A stretch of 64,000 nucleotides of DNA, taken from NCBI GenBank assembly GCA_963542825.1, contig CAUTZD010000002.1, forward strand, positions 6,326-70,325, in the 5' to 3' direction. Made by a program: the position numbers and the translations under genes. The stretch is from an uncultured Acholeplasmataceae bacterium (GTDB lineage Bacteria > Bacillota_I > Bacilli_A > ML615J-28 > CAG-698). The notes beneath the pieces were generated by a model. It had not been told where the DNA came from and did no database searches. It saw only the letters and a program-made list of their open reading frames with translations. Position 1 is the stretch's first letter. The number at the start of each line of letters is the position of its first letter. Positions 27,570 through 37,159 of this stretch are shown one piece after another.

Positions 27570-29539
27570 GAAAAACGATCAAATTTATTTTTGTGTTTCT
27601 TGTGGCTTTGATTCTTGTTGGCTGTAAGAAAAATAAGAAAAACGATTTAAACGAAGTTAAAGAATGGATGAAAGCATTTGAAAAGGAAACACGGGTTGGT
27701 GAGCTCAAGCTACCTAACAAATACAAAGATTACGATGTAGCTTGGCTTGTTGATAAGCAAACGAATATTAGCGTTAATGAAAACGAGAACGAAACTACTA
27801 TTAAAGCACAAACTGGAAAAGTTGGGAGTTTCACTTTATCAGGATCAGTAACAGTTAGCAAAGAAGAAGTTAGCATTGAAGGCTTAAAGGTTTTGATTCA
27901 TGAAAATGAAGTAAGTGGGAAAACAATTATCGAGACAGTAGTTCAAGACATTACTTCCAAAGTTCAAAGTTATGATGCGCTCTTTGAACTATCAAAATTT
28001 GGGAAGATGTTTAATGCTGAATACCAAACAGAAAGCACTCTTCTTGATTTTAAAACTTTAAAGGTAACTCAGCCTATTGATGATGAAACAGTTAAAGTTA
28101 CTTGTACTATTAGTTATAAAGGTCAAAAGTTCACAAAAGAAAAAGATATCATTTTCTTAGGAGTAAATGCCATGATTAAAAGACATGAAGCAATTGAGGA
28201 ACTTAAAAAAGAAGGTGGTGTTTTCTGTGATACTTACTTAGTTACTAATCAGCTAGTTTATCCAACTGATTTTAGTAAGTACAATTTAAAATATAGGTTT
28301 ACGAGTTTTAACGAAGATTTAATAGAAAAAGATGGTAAAGTTAATCATAGATTAATTGACATTTATGCACGGGTTGGTGTTGAGGTGATATCAAAAGATG
28401 GTACAGTTTTAGGTAATCCTGAGTATTTTAAACTTAAAATCGCCAAGAAAAATGTTGAAACTAAAAAGGAGAAGGTTGATGAACTTTTGAAACTATTAGC
28501 TCCTAAAAATATTAAATCGATGAGTTTTGAAAAAGCATACTCAGGAATTAGTCCAACCCATAATCATCTACTATTTGATATTGGATCTAGTCCTGTTTTT
28601 CAAGAAGAATTTGCACTTCCTGCTGGTCCTGGTCCTGGAAATAGAAAACCAGGTCGTGATCTCGTTAAGGTTGAGATGATTACAATCCATGATACATGGA
28701 AAACAGGTGATGGTTTAAGTGGAAGAGAATGGGCGAGATATTTACGGTTTCCAGAAATCTATGATAAGGATCGCGAAGTTTCTTGGCATTTCGTAGCCGC
28801 TGAAGATGGTCTTTGGCGCGGTGCTCCAATCAACGAAGAAGCATGGCACGCTGGCGATGGCGGACGCATGTTTAAACTTCTAGATACAGGAATAAAATAT
28901 ACCAAAGATGATGTTGATCTTGATATTTCAACTGATGGCTTCTGGACGATAGACGGTAAGAAAACCCTAGTGAAAGCGCCAACTGATGAAAAAGGTAATA
29001 TCTTAGGAAAAACCCATATTGCTTCTAATGGTATTTTGATTGATAAGGGAACTAACGGAAATTATGTGATTAATAATACTTATTACAATACAACATATGG
29101 ACGCATTGCAAACTGCGGCGGTAATAAATATTCAATAGGTTTTGAAAGTGCTGTGAATTCTAATACCGATTATATTATGACGTTGAGACAATTAGCGCGT
29201 GAAGTTGCTGACCTATTGATAGAACATAATCTCGGAATTAACCGGGTAATGCAGCACAACAATTTCTCCGGAAAACCTTGTCCATATGCTTTACGGATGT
29301 CTGGTCACTGGAACGATTTTCTTAATATGGTATTAATTGAAAAATATTATCGGGAAAATTTAAGTGACGTTGAACTTAAGTTTACATCTTTAACACCAGA
29401 ACTACTTGATAATATGGGTAGAATTAAAAAAGAGTATAATGGTAATTCAACGATCGGCGAGACTGTTAGATATAAAGTTGAATATAAAATTAATGGCGTT
29501 GAGACTACTGAAACGTTTGAAACAAAAATAATTGAGTAA
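27566..29539 (+). CDS. surface lipoprotein with C-terminal N-acetylmuramoyl-L-alanine amidase (amidase_2/PGRP-type) domain
   Basis: Lipobox LILVGC. C-terminal MITIHDT, SWHFVA, EAWHAGDG, SIGFES and MQHNNFSGKPCP fit the His/His/Cys zinc-amidase pattern. Confidence 0.75.
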   Translation: MRKTIKFIFVFLVALILVGCKKNKKNDLNEVKEWMKAFEKETRVGELKLPNKYKDYDVAWLVDKQTNISVNENENETTIKAQTGKVGSFTLSGSVTVSKEEVSIEGLKVLIHENEVSGKTIIETVVQDITSKVQSYDALFELSKFGKMFNAEYQTESTLLDFKTLKVTQPIDDETVKVTCTISYKGQKFTKEKDIIFLGVNAMIKRHEAIEELKKEGGVFCDTYLVTNQLVYPTDFSKYNLKYRFTSFNEDLIEKDGKVNHRLIDIYARVGVEVISKDGTVLGNPEYFKLKIAKKNVETKKEKVDELLKLLAPKNIKSMSFEKAYSGISPTHNHLLFDIGSSPVFQEEFALPAGPGPGNRKPGRDLVKVEMITIHDTWKTGDGLSGREWARYLRFPEIYDKDREVSWHFVAAEDGLWRGAPINEEAWHAGDGGRMFKLLDTGIKYTKDDVDLDISTDGFWTIDGKKTLVKAPTDEKGNILGKTHIASNGILIDKGTNGNYVINNTYYNTTYGRIANCGGNKYSIGFESAVNSNTDYIMTLRQLAREVADLLIEHNLGINRVMQHNNFSGKPCPYALRMSGHWNDFLNMVLIEKYYRENLSDVELKFTSLTPELLDNMGRIKKEYNGNSTIGETVRYKVEYKINGVETTETFETKIIE

Positions 29540-29662
29540 AAACAAATAAAAGCTCCTAAAAATAATATTTAAAGGCTTTTTGTTTAAGGCGAAGTATTAC
29601 GACAATCGCTAAAACGTTTTCTTACGATAATCACAAAGATAATCTCATTAAAATTTAAATTC

Positions 29663-29690
29663 TTGCATTAATTTAATATTGTGGTATACT
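29663..29690 (+). promoter_or_regulatory. sigma-70-type promoter TTGCAT-16-TGgTATACT (orphan, inside a 423-nt intergenic region)
   Basis: Good -35 plus an extended -10. No ORF or SD follows within 90 nt. Confidence 0.55.
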
Positions 29691-29696
29691 AATATT

Positions 29697-29781
29697 AGAG
29701 ATAGAACTAATCCTAAGATTGCTTTTTAACATTCTTAGATAATAATTTATAAAAAGCTCTCTATGGAAGTAGAGAGTTTTT
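29697..29781 (+). ncRNA. candidate small RNA (about 85 nt) bounded by the promoter and an intrinsic terminator
   Basis: Internal hairpin CTAAGA/TCTTAG (29713-29738). Terminator CTCTCTA/TAGAGAG plus T5 (29757-29781). No coding potential. Confidence 0.35.
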
Positions 29782-29962
29782 ATGTATAAAGAAAAATAAT
29801 TAAATATTATAACAAAAAGAAAATTTTCAAATCTTGTTTATATAATCTTATATTACATATAATGAAAGGAGTTGTAAAAGAAAACGGAAGCGTTTAAAAG
29901 TATTTAAGATTAGTACAGAGTTCTAAATGTACTAAAATTTTTTATGAAAGGAGAAAAATAAA

Positions 29963-30748
29963 ATGAAAAAAACGTTGTTATTAATTTTTATGTTGTTTTT
30001 TGGATTGAGCTTATTTGGCTGCAACGTCAAAAACAAATCAGTCAAGGTCAATTTTATTATAAATGGCGAAAACCATCCCGTTCTTTTGAAAACTGGAGAA
30101 GTTATTAATAAAGAACTCGTACCGGTCGACCAAGAAAAAAACGAAGTAAAATTATATTTTGACGAAGAATTTTCTAAAGAATATAATAACCAAAAGATTA
30201 CACAAGATTTAACAATCTATGTTATAACAGATGAGAAAAAGAAATACAATACAAATATGAATATAAAATTTGTTATGGGATATCACCGTATTAAACATCC
30301 TTGGCATTATCATTGTGATTATTATTATGGAAATGAAGTAAAAAATATTGATAATTCCGGGGTTAGGTATAAAATTTTTATGATTAACAACAAATTAGAA
30401 GTTGAAAATTTCATCATTGAAAAAGAGAAACATTTAAAAAAGAGAGTTTATAGCATTGAAGTTGAAAATTTAGATAAAGATGGTTTTAATGCCAGTATTA
30501 TGGATAACTATTTATCAAAATACGATGCCAATTTTTTCAAAGAAAAATCGTTAGTAATTCTTGATTATTCTATACCAACGACACCGAGCGAAGTAACGGT
30601 TACCGGAATCGCAAAAGATAATGGGAAATTATTAATTACTACAAATGTAAAACTAGGAATTTTTGATGCTATTTCTTTCGGAATTACAGTATTAGAAATT
30701 TCAAAAGAAGATTGTAAAAATATCGACAGTGTTGAAATATGTAAATAG
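29963..30748 (+). CDS. lipoprotein of unknown function (N-terminal InlB-B/Flg_new-like repeat)
   Basis: Lipobox LSLFGC and strong SD AAAGGAG. VKVNFIINGE...LYFDEEFSKEY...DLTIYV resembles the Listeria-Bacteroides repeat. Confidence 0.75.
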   Translation: MKKTLLLIFMLFFGLSLFGCNVKNKSVKVNFIINGENHPVLLKTGEVINKELVPVDQEKNEVKLYFDEEFSKEYNNQKITQDLTIYVITDEKKKYNTNMNIKFVMGYHRIKHPWHYHCDYYYGNEVKNIDNSGVRYKIFMINNKLEVENFIIEKEKHLKKRVYSIEVENLDKDGFNASIMDNYLSKYDANFFKEKSLVILDYSIPTTPSEVTVTGIAKDNGKLLITTNVKLGIFDAISFGITVLEISKEDCKNIDSVEICK

Positions 30749-30760
30749 GTAAGAAAACGT

Positions 30761-31478
30761 ATGAAATTAATAAAAAAAGTATTTACAATTATAAACATTG
30801 TGTTCATTACTATATTTTTGTTGGCCATATCAAATGTAAATTTATTAGCTTCGAAAAGTAAAATAAATTCAAATGATTATAATAATATAAGCGATAATAC
30901 ACTTAGAGATATTGCAAATAAATGTTGTTGAAAGAGATATCCCGATAGAAGACAGAAGTTATGGCGAGACATATATTACTGAAGGATTTACGCGGCTAAT
31001 ATACTTAAATGAAGAACTGGCTCCTGATTTATCTAGAGAGAGTTATTATTGGTATTCTAGCGATGAAGATATCGCCACCGTTAGTCGTTATGGTACGGTG
31101 TTTGCAAAAAATGTTTCTCAAGATATGGTAATTAGGATTATGGCTGTATGTCGCTATGATATGTCAAAAGTTTTCGTTAAGGAATTTACAATTTTAAACG
31201 ATCTTGAAACATACGCAAGCAGCCCACTTGACATAGAAATTTCCATGAATGCATACGCCGGCGTTACAACCACTATTGATTTAAGTAGTGGATTTGTTCC
31301 GATAAACATACTGCAATATTATGAATGGGTGTCGTGGAATAATAATCTTGTTACAATTGAAAACTGGGGAAGGATATATTGCAGTTATGTAGCAATTGGT
31401 AGTACTGTATTAATATCGGGGGTTTATCAATTCAACAGAAGAGTTGAAATAAATGTTTTTGTGAATGTAATTGGATAA
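30761..31478 (+). pseudogene. secreted Big_2-domain protein gene interrupted by a frameshift near 30891-30931 (or two separate ORFs)
   Basis: A 56-codon ORF from the ATG at 30761 encodes a signal/anchor peptide (MKLIKKVFTIINIVFITIFLLAIS..) and stops at 30929-30931. A second frame is open from 30891 and encodes W.SSDEDIATVSRYGTVFA, which is Big_2-like. Confidence 0.5.
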
Positions 31479-31498
31479 TTTAAAATAGAAAGTATTTT

Positions 31499-31539
31499 AA
31501 AAGAGTTAGTAAGGCAAAAATGTCTTTTCTAACTCTTTT
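31499..31539 (+). terminator. probable rho-independent terminator ending the accessory islet
   Basis: 11-bp stem AAAAGAGTTAG / CTAACTCTTTT with a large 19-nt loop. Confidence 0.5.
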
Positions 31540-31656
31540 ATCTTGCTTTTTTCATTTTCGATAAAATACCTCTTTAATGTATTTTATCATTTTTTCTTAA
31601 ATTTTGAGACAAAATCTGAAGTTAATCACAACGTAAAAACACAATATAAAAAATGT

Positions 31657-31685
31657 TTGACAGGGGTGTTATTTAATAGTATAAT
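31657..31685 (+). promoter_or_regulatory. consensus sigma-70 promoter of the S10 operon (TTGACA-17-TATAAT)
   Basis: Perfect hexamers at optimal spacing, about 115 nt upstream of rpsJ. Confidence 0.8.
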
Positions 31686-31712
31686 CAGTATGGCTTTTTA
31701 TGAGCCTTAATT

Positions 31713-31768
31713 TTATGAGGTTGCTGGAACGCACGGAAGAGTTGTCGCCGTGACCAGGTAATTCATAA
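31713..31768 (+). promoter_or_regulatory. structured 5' leader of the S10 operon
   Basis: Nested helices TTATGA/TCATAA, CTGG/CCAG and CACGG/CCGTG. GC-rich relative to the surroundings. Confidence 0.45.
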
Positions 31769-31801
31769 GATGAAATAAATCCAAAAAGAGGAGGAAAAAA
31801 G

Positions 31802-32110
31802 ATGGCCAAAGGAAAAAGTTTACGAATTAAATTGTTATCTTATGATCACCGTTTAATTGACGAGTCTGCTAAAAAAATCGTTGATGCAGCCCGGAAGACT
31901 GGCGCTAAGGTATCAGGACCTATTCCCCTACCTACAGAGCGCGAAGTATTTACGATTATTCGTTCACCACACAAGTATAAAGACAGTCGTGAACAATTTG
32001 AACGTCGCACTCACAAACGATTAATCGATATCGTTGTGACTAATGCGAAAACGATGGACACACTTGTTCATCTTGAGATACCTTCAGGTGTCGATATTGT
32101 CATTAAGTAG
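31802..32110 (+). CDS. rpsJ: 30S ribosomal protein S10
   Basis: Full-length family match ([13 protein letters not shown]..., [15 protein letters not shown]). First gene of the conserved cluster. Confidence 0.97.
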   Translation: MAKGKSLRIKLLSYDHRLIDESAKKIVDAARKTGAKVSGPIPLPTEREVFTIIRSPHKYKDSREQFERRTHKRLIDIVVTNAKTMDTLVHLEIPSGVDIVIK

Positions 32111-32125
32111 GAGGTTATTTGATTA

Positions 32126-32776
32126 ATGGCTAAAGGAATCTTAGGAAAGAAAGTCGGTATGACTCAGGTCTTTGCTAAGGACGGCAGTGTTGTTCCGGTT
32201 ACTGTAATCGAGACGACACCATCAGTTGTTCTACAAAAAAAGACCGTTGAAACCGATGGTTATGTGGCTGTTCAATTAGGTTTCGAAGATAAAAAGAAAT
32301 TCACGAAGCCTGAAGAAGGACATGCAAAAAAAGCCAACACAACACCTAAGCGCTTCATTGTTGAAATCGCTGGGGAAGAGATGTTGGCGTTCAATGTTGG
32401 TGATAGCGTAAAAGCTAGCATCTTTAAAGAAGGCGAAGTTGTTGATATCACAGGTACAAGTAAGGGTAAAGGTTTCCAAGGAACAGTAAAACGCTACAAC
32501 ATGCATATTGGACCTAAAGCTCATGGATCTAAATATCACAGAGGAATTGGTGGTAATGCCGTTGATTATGCGCGGATGTTTAAAGGTCGGCATATGCCTG
32601 GAAGAATGGGTGGAGAAAAGACCACAATTCAAAATCTCGAAATTGTGAAAATTGATTTACAAAATAATTTAATGCTTATTAAAGGTAATGTTCCTGGTGC
32701 TCGCAAAGGCTATGTTGTTATTAGGAGTGCTGTTAAGAAAGGAAGTCACGCCCTTAATAATGAGGCTCAGGCTTAG
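32126..32776 (+). CDS. rplC: 50S ribosomal protein L3
   Basis: [17 protein letters not shown]-terminus and conserved order. Confidence 0.97.
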   Translation: MAKGILGKKVGMTQVFAKDGSVVPVTVIETTPSVVLQKKTVETDGYVAVQLGFEDKKKFTKPEEGHAKKANTTPKRFIVEIAGEEMLAFNVGDSVKASIFKEGEVVDITGTSKGKGFQGTVKRYNMHIGPKAHGSKYHRGIGGNAVDYARMFKGRHMPGRMGGEKTTIQNLEIVKIDLQNNLMLIKGNVPGARKGYVVIRSAVKKGSHALNNEAQA

Positions 32777-32790
32777 AAAGGAAATTCAAC

Positions 32791-33426
32791 ATGCCAAAAA
32801 TAGATGTTATCAATCAAAAAGGTGTAAAAGTTGAAGAATTAAGTGTCAGTAAAAGTGTTCTTGAAGCGAAGATTTCTGAGGATGCTGTTTATCGCGTCAT
32901 TAAAGCTTATAATGCTGGTCTTCGCCAGGGAACCCAAAAAGCTAAGACACGTTCCGAAGTTCGTGGTGGTGGTAAAAAACCATGGCGTCAAAAAGGAACT
33001 GGTCGGGCACGGCAAGGTTCAATCAGAGCACCACAATGGGTTGGCGGTGGCGTTGTTTTTCCACCAACACCTAGAAGTTATCAAGAAAAAGTTAATAAGA
33101 AACTTGTTCAATGTGCTTTAAGAAGCATTTTATCTGACCGGTTTAAAGAGAACCGCATCATCGTTATCGATGATATTAAATGCGAAGCGAAAACGAAAGA
33201 TTTTGTTAAAATCATTCAAAAGCTTAAGATTAAATCAAAAATGATTTTAGTGCTTGAAGGAAGTATCTTTGATGAAGGAAACTACGAACTTTACCTAGCT
33301 TCTCGAAACATTCCTAATGTTTATGTTCAATCACGGAATCATGTGAATGCTTATGATTTACTATGGGCAGACAAAATTGTTTTAACAAAACCTGCCTTAT
33401 TAAAATATGAGGAGGAACTTAAATAA
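32791..33426 (+). CDS. rplD: 50S ribosomal protein L4
   Basis: GGGKKPWRQKGTGRARQGS motif and conserved order. Confidence 0.97.
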   Translation: MPKIDVINQKGVKVEELSVSKSVLEAKISEDAVYRVIKAYNAGLRQGTQKAKTRSEVRGGGKKPWRQKGTGRARQGSIRAPQWVGGGVVFPPTPRSYQEKVNKKLVQCALRSILSDRFKENRIIVIDDIKCEAKTKDFVKIIQKLKIKSKMILVLEGSIFDEGNYELYLASRNIPNVYVQSRNHVNAYDLLWADKIVLTKPALLKYEEELK

Positions 33427-33713
33427 TGGCTAAATCAGTATTTGATGTTTTAGTTTGTCCTTTGATTACGGAAAAGTCTTCTAGTCAAATCGAAAAAAGA
33501 AAGTACACTTTTCAAATTGCAGAAGGTGTAAATAGACTAGAAGTAAAAGATGCAGTTGAAGAAATTTTTAAAGTGAAAGTCGAAGATGTAAATCTTATAA
33601 ATGGTGTTCGCAAGTTTAAGCGTGTTGGACGTCACGAAGGAATGAAACCACGAGTTCGCAAAGCTATCGTTACTTTAAAACCTGGCTTTAAACTCGACGT
33701 CTTCGAGGTATAA
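33426..33713 (+). CDS. rplW: 50S ribosomal protein L23
   Basis: PLITEKSS motif and conserved order. Confidence 0.96.
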   Translation: MAKSVFDVLVCPLITEKSSSQIEKRKYTFQIAEGVNRLEVKDAVEEIFKVKVEDVNLINGVRKFKRVGRHEGMKPRVRKAIVTLKPGFKLDVFEV

Positions 33714-33723
33714 GGAGGCTTTA

Positions 33724-34551
33724 ATGGCAATTAAGAAATATAAGCCAACCACTAATGGTCGGCGGAATATGAGTGTTTTATTAAACCCAGAACTTTCTAA
33801 AAATGAACCAGTTAAAAGTCTCTGTGTCATTTTAAAAGAAAAGGCTGGTCGCAATAACACTGGTCATATTACTGTTCGCCATCAAGGTGGTGGTGCCAAA
33901 AGAAAGTATCGTTTGATTGACTTCAAGCGTAACAAAGATAATATTAAGGCTACTGTAACTTCGCTTGAATACGATCCAAACCGTTCAAGCAACATTGCTC
34001 TTTTAACTTATCAAGATGGTGAGAAGCGTTATATCTTAGCACCAAAAGAGTTAAAAGTTGGAATGGAAGTTATAAGTGGTGATAATGTTGATATCAAAGT
34101 TGGTAATGCTTTACCACTTAAGAATATTCCTGTTGGTACAGTAATTCACAATATTGAAATGTATCCAGGACACGGAGCTCAACTCGTGCGTTCAGCTGGT
34201 GTTGGTGCCCGGATAATGGGTCGTGAAGGGAAGTATGTTTTGGTAGTTTTACCAAGCACAGAAAGCCGTTATATTTTAGGAAACTGTAAAGCAACGATTG
34301 GCGAAGTTGGCAACGAAGATCATATGAATGTTAATATTGGTAAAGCTGGTAGAAAACGCCATATGAAGATTCGTCCAACTGTTCGTGGTTCAGTTATGAA
34401 TCCTAACGATCACCCTCATGGTGGTGGTGAAGGACGTGCTCCAATTGGTCGGACAGCTCCAAGAACTCCTTGGGGTAAAATGGCACGCGGTGTTAAAACT
34501 CGTGACCAAAAGAAAAAATCGAACGAACTTATTGTTCGTCGGAGAAAGTGA
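33724..34551 (+). CDS. rplB: 50S ribosomal protein L2
   Basis: [14 protein letters not shown] and [13 protein letters not shown] motifs. Confidence 0.97.
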   Translation: MAIKKYKPTTNGRRNMSVLLNPELSKNEPVKSLCVILKEKAGRNNTGHITVRHQGGGAKRKYRLIDFKRNKDNIKATVTSLEYDPNRSSNIALLTYQDGEKRYILAPKELKVGMEVISGDNVDIKVGNALPLKNIPVGTVIHNIEMYPGHGAQLVRSAGVGARIMGREGKYVLVVLPSTESRYILGNCKATIGEVGNEDHMNVNIGKAGRKRHMKIRPTVRGSVMNPNDHPHGGGEGRAPIGRTAPRTPWGKMARGVKTRDQKKKSNELIVRRRK

Positions 34552-34560
34552 GGTTAAGTT

Positions 34561-34857
34561 ATGGGTCGTTCAGTAAAAAAAGGTCCTTTTTGCGATGATC
34601 ATTTAATGAAGAAAGTTCAAAACGCAATCGATACTAAATCTAAAAGAATTATTCAAACTTGGTCTCGCCGCTCGACTATTTTTCCTGAGTTCATCGGTTT
34701 GACAATTGCTGTTCACAACGGTAAAGAACACGTTCCTGTTTATATTACTGAAGATATGGTTGGGCACAAACTTGGTGAATTCGTACCAACGAGAACTTAT
34801 CGTGGTCACGGATCAAATAAAGATAAGGTTGCAAAACCTAGTGGGAAGAAGGATTAA
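34561..34857 (+). CDS. rpsS: 30S ribosomal protein S19
   Basis: [10 protein letters not shown] and [24 protein letters not shown]. Confidence 0.97.
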   Translation: MGRSVKKGPFCDDHLMKKVQNAIDTKSKRIIQTWSRRSTIFPEFIGLTIAVHNGKEHVPVYITEDMVGHKLGEFVPTRTYRGHGSNKDKVAKPSGKKD

Positions 34858-34859
34858 TC

Positions 34860-35204
34860 ATGGAAGTTAGAGCTCATAAAAATACCGTTAAACTAACTCC
34901 AAGAAAAGCCCGTTTAGTTATCGATTTAATTCGCGGAAAGGATGCTAAGGAAGCACTCTATATCTTAAAGATGTCAACGCAAAAAGCAGCGCGAGTTGCT
35001 GAAAAAGTTTTAAATCAAGCCGTAGCTAATGCTGTTAATAATCATAAGCTTGATGCTGAGAAGTTATATGTTAAGAAAGCCTTCATCGATGAAGGCGTAA
35101 CGATGAAAAGATTTCAACCACGGGCACACGGAAGTGCTGACCGCAAACTTAAACGTACTGCTCACGTAACTATAATTGTAGAAGAGAAGGAGACGAAAAA
35201 ATAA
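34860..35204 (+). CDS. rplV: 50S ribosomal protein L22
   Basis: [16 protein letters not shown] motif and conserved order. Confidence 0.96.
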   Translation: MEVRAHKNTVKLTPRKARLVIDLIRGKDAKEALYILKMSTQKAARVAEKVLNQAVANAVNNHKLDAEKLYVKKAFIDEGVTMKRFQPRAHGSADRKLKRTAHVTIIVEEKETKK

Positions 35205-35854
35205 TGGGTCAAAAAGTAAATCCAAATGGAATGCGTTTAGGCATCATTAGGGATTGGAATACTCAGTGGTATGCCAACAAAAAAGAAGTTGCTGATCTCC
35301 TCCTTGAAGATATCGAAATTAGAAAGTATATTGACAAGCATTTTCCGGTACGTGCACAAGTATCACGAATCGTTATTAGAAGAGTCAAACAAAGAGTGTT
35401 TATCGAAGTTTATACAGCAAGACCAGGAATGGTCATCGGTAAAGACGGTTTAACAAAGAAAGAAATTGTTGAATATCTCCAAAAAATGACAGGTAAGAGC
35501 GTTTACCTAAATATCGTTCAAATCAAGAATCCAAATCTTGACCCACTTTTAGTAGCGCGGCGGATGGCGGAAGACCTTGAAAACCGGATGAGTTTTCGTC
35601 GGGTTCAAAAGAAGGCAATTCGCGACGCTATGCGGGCCGGAGCGAAAGGAATTAAAACGGAAGTTTCTGGACGCTTAGGTGGTGCGGAAATGGCACGTAG
35701 TGAGCATTATAGTGAAGGAACCGTTCCACTACATACTCTTCGTTCTGATATCGAATATGCTCATGCGGAAGCGAATACAACATATGGAAAATTAGGTGTT
35801 AAAGTCTGGATTTGTAAAGGAGAGATTTTACCTGATAAGAAAGGGGTGAAATAA
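35204..35854 (+). CDS. rpsC: 30S ribosomal protein S3
   Basis: [15 protein letters not shown] domain and GAEMARSE motif. Confidence 0.97.
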   Translation: MGQKVNPNGMRLGIIRDWNTQWYANKKEVADLLLEDIEIRKYIDKHFPVRAQVSRIVIRRVKQRVFIEVYTARPGMVIGKDGLTKKEIVEYLQKMTGKSVYLNIVQIKNPNLDPLLVARRMAEDLENRMSFRRVQKKAIRDAMRAGAKGIKTEVSGRLGGAEMARSEHYSEGTVPLHTLRSDIEYAHAEANTTYGKLGVKVWICKGEILPDKKGVK

Positions 35855-36267
35855 TGTTAACACCAAAGAGAACAAAATATCGTAAGCCCCATAGAGTAAG
35901 CTACGAAGGTAAAGCTAAGGGTGCTAAACAAATTGATTTTGGTGAGTGGGGTTTACAATCACTTGAAGGTGCTTGGCTCACGACTTCCCAAATCGAAGCA
36001 GCCCGTGTAGCTTTAACAAGAAGAATGCGTCGTTTAGGAAAAGTCTGGATTCGGATTTTCCCTCACAATATTTTTACACGTAAACCGCTCGAAGTGCGGA
36101 TGGGATCTGGTAAAGGATCACCTGAAGGATATGTAGCAGTTGTTAAAGTTGGAACCGTAATGTTTGAGGTTGCGGGTGTTGATGATTTGACAGCTCGTGA
36201 AGGATTACAACTTGCTGCAGCAAAACTTCCAGTTAAAACAAAAATTATTAGGAAAGAGGTGGCTTGA
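35854..36267 (+). CDS. rplP: 50S ribosomal protein L16
   Basis: [15 protein letters not shown]-terminus. Confidence 0.97.
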   Translation: MLTPKRTKYRKPHRVSYEGKAKGAKQIDFGEWGLQSLEGAWLTTSQIEAARVALTRRMRRLGKVWIRIFPHNIFTRKPLEVRMGSGKGSPEGYVAVVKVGTVMFEVAGVDDLTAREGLQLAAAKLPVKTKIIRKEVA

Positions 36268-36269
36268 TA

Positions 36270-36512
36270 ATGGCAACGAAAAAGATTGAAAAAGTAGTTG
36301 CAGCTGAAAAGTTATCAGCTGCTGAAAAATTACGCAAATTAGAAAGTTCAGAACTTGAAACAAAAATTAAAGAGCTTAAAAGTGAACTCTTTAATCTTCG
36401 TTTCCAGGCGGCAGTAGGGAAACTTGAAAATACTGCGCAAATTAAAAAGAACAGAAAGGAAATCGCACGAATGATGACTATCTTAACTGAGCGTCGTGCA
36501 CTTACAAAATAA
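36270..36512 (+). CDS. rpmC: 50S ribosomal protein L29 (with about 17-aa N-terminal extension)
   Basis: ELKSELFNLRFQAAVGKLENT core. ATG at 36270 with an upstream SD. The ORF-track TTG at 36264 was trimmed. Confidence 0.93.
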   Translation: MATKKIEKVVAAEKLSAAEKLRKLESSELETKIKELKSELFNLRFQAAVGKLENTAQIKKNRKEIARMMTILTERRALTK

Positions 36513-36778
36513 TGAAACAAACAGAAACAAAAAGAAGAAGTTTTATTGGTGAAGTCGTAGCTGCTCGTGGCGATAAGACGATTCGTGTTGAAGTTAAAAG
36601 AGCAACGCGGCATTCGCTATACGGCAAGCGGGTTTTTTCAAGTAAGAAATTTGCGGCTCACGATGAAGAGAATAAAGCGATGCTTGGCGACAAGGTCAAA
36701 ATTGAAGAGTGTCGTCCAATCTCTAAACAAAAGAAATTTAGACTTGTGCAAATAATTGAGAAGGGCGTGCGAATTTAG
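36512..36778 (+). CDS. rpsQ: 30S ribosomal protein S17
   Basis: [16 protein letters not shown] and [23 protein letters not shown]. Confidence 0.96.
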   Translation: MKQTETKRRSFIGEVVAARGDKTIRVEVKRATRHSLYGKRVFSSKKFAAHDEENKAMLGDKVKIEECRPISKQKKFRLVQIIEKGVRI

Positions 36779-36788
36779 GTGGCTATTT

Positions 36789-37157
36789 ATGATTCAAACG
36801 CAAACAAGATTAAATATCGCTGATAATTCTGGTGCTCGAACAATTATGGCAATTAAAGTTATCGGCGGTAGCAAAAAGCGTTATGCAACAATTGGTGATA
36901 TCATTATCGCTTCTGTAAAAACTTCCACTCCTGGTGGTCAAGTTAAAAAAGGCGACGTTGTTAAAGCTGTCGTTGTTAGAACGAAATCTGGCGTTAGACG
37001 CGAAGATGGTTCCTATATCAAATTCGATGATAACGCTGCCGTTATTTTAAAAGAAGATTTAACGCCTAAAGGAACACGTATTTTTGGTCCTGTGGCTCGT
37101 GAGCTAAGAGATAAGGAATTCATGAAAATCGTATCTCTTGCTGCTGAGGTATTATAA
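36789..37157 (+). CDS. rplN: 50S ribosomal protein L14
   Basis: [17 protein letters not shown]. The ORF-track start at 36756 was trimmed to the canonical ATG. Confidence 0.96.
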   Translation: MIQTQTRLNIADNSGARTIMAIKVIGGSKKRYATIGDIIIASVKTSTPGGQVKKGDVVKAVVVRTKSGVRREDGSYIKFDDNAAVILKEDLTPKGTRIFGPVARELRDKEFMKIVSLAAEVL

Positions 37158-37159
37158 TT

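Noticed and set aside
36248-36613. 121-aa minus-strand ORF antisense to rpmC/rpsQ, and similar antisense or shadow ORFs at 5456-5863, 17904-18182, 32276-32632, 55507-55953, 56334-56675 and 59437-59778
   Set aside because: They lie entirely inside strongly supported conserved genes on the other strand. They have no SD and have low-complexity or odd composition. They are typical shadow ORFs of AT-rich genomes.
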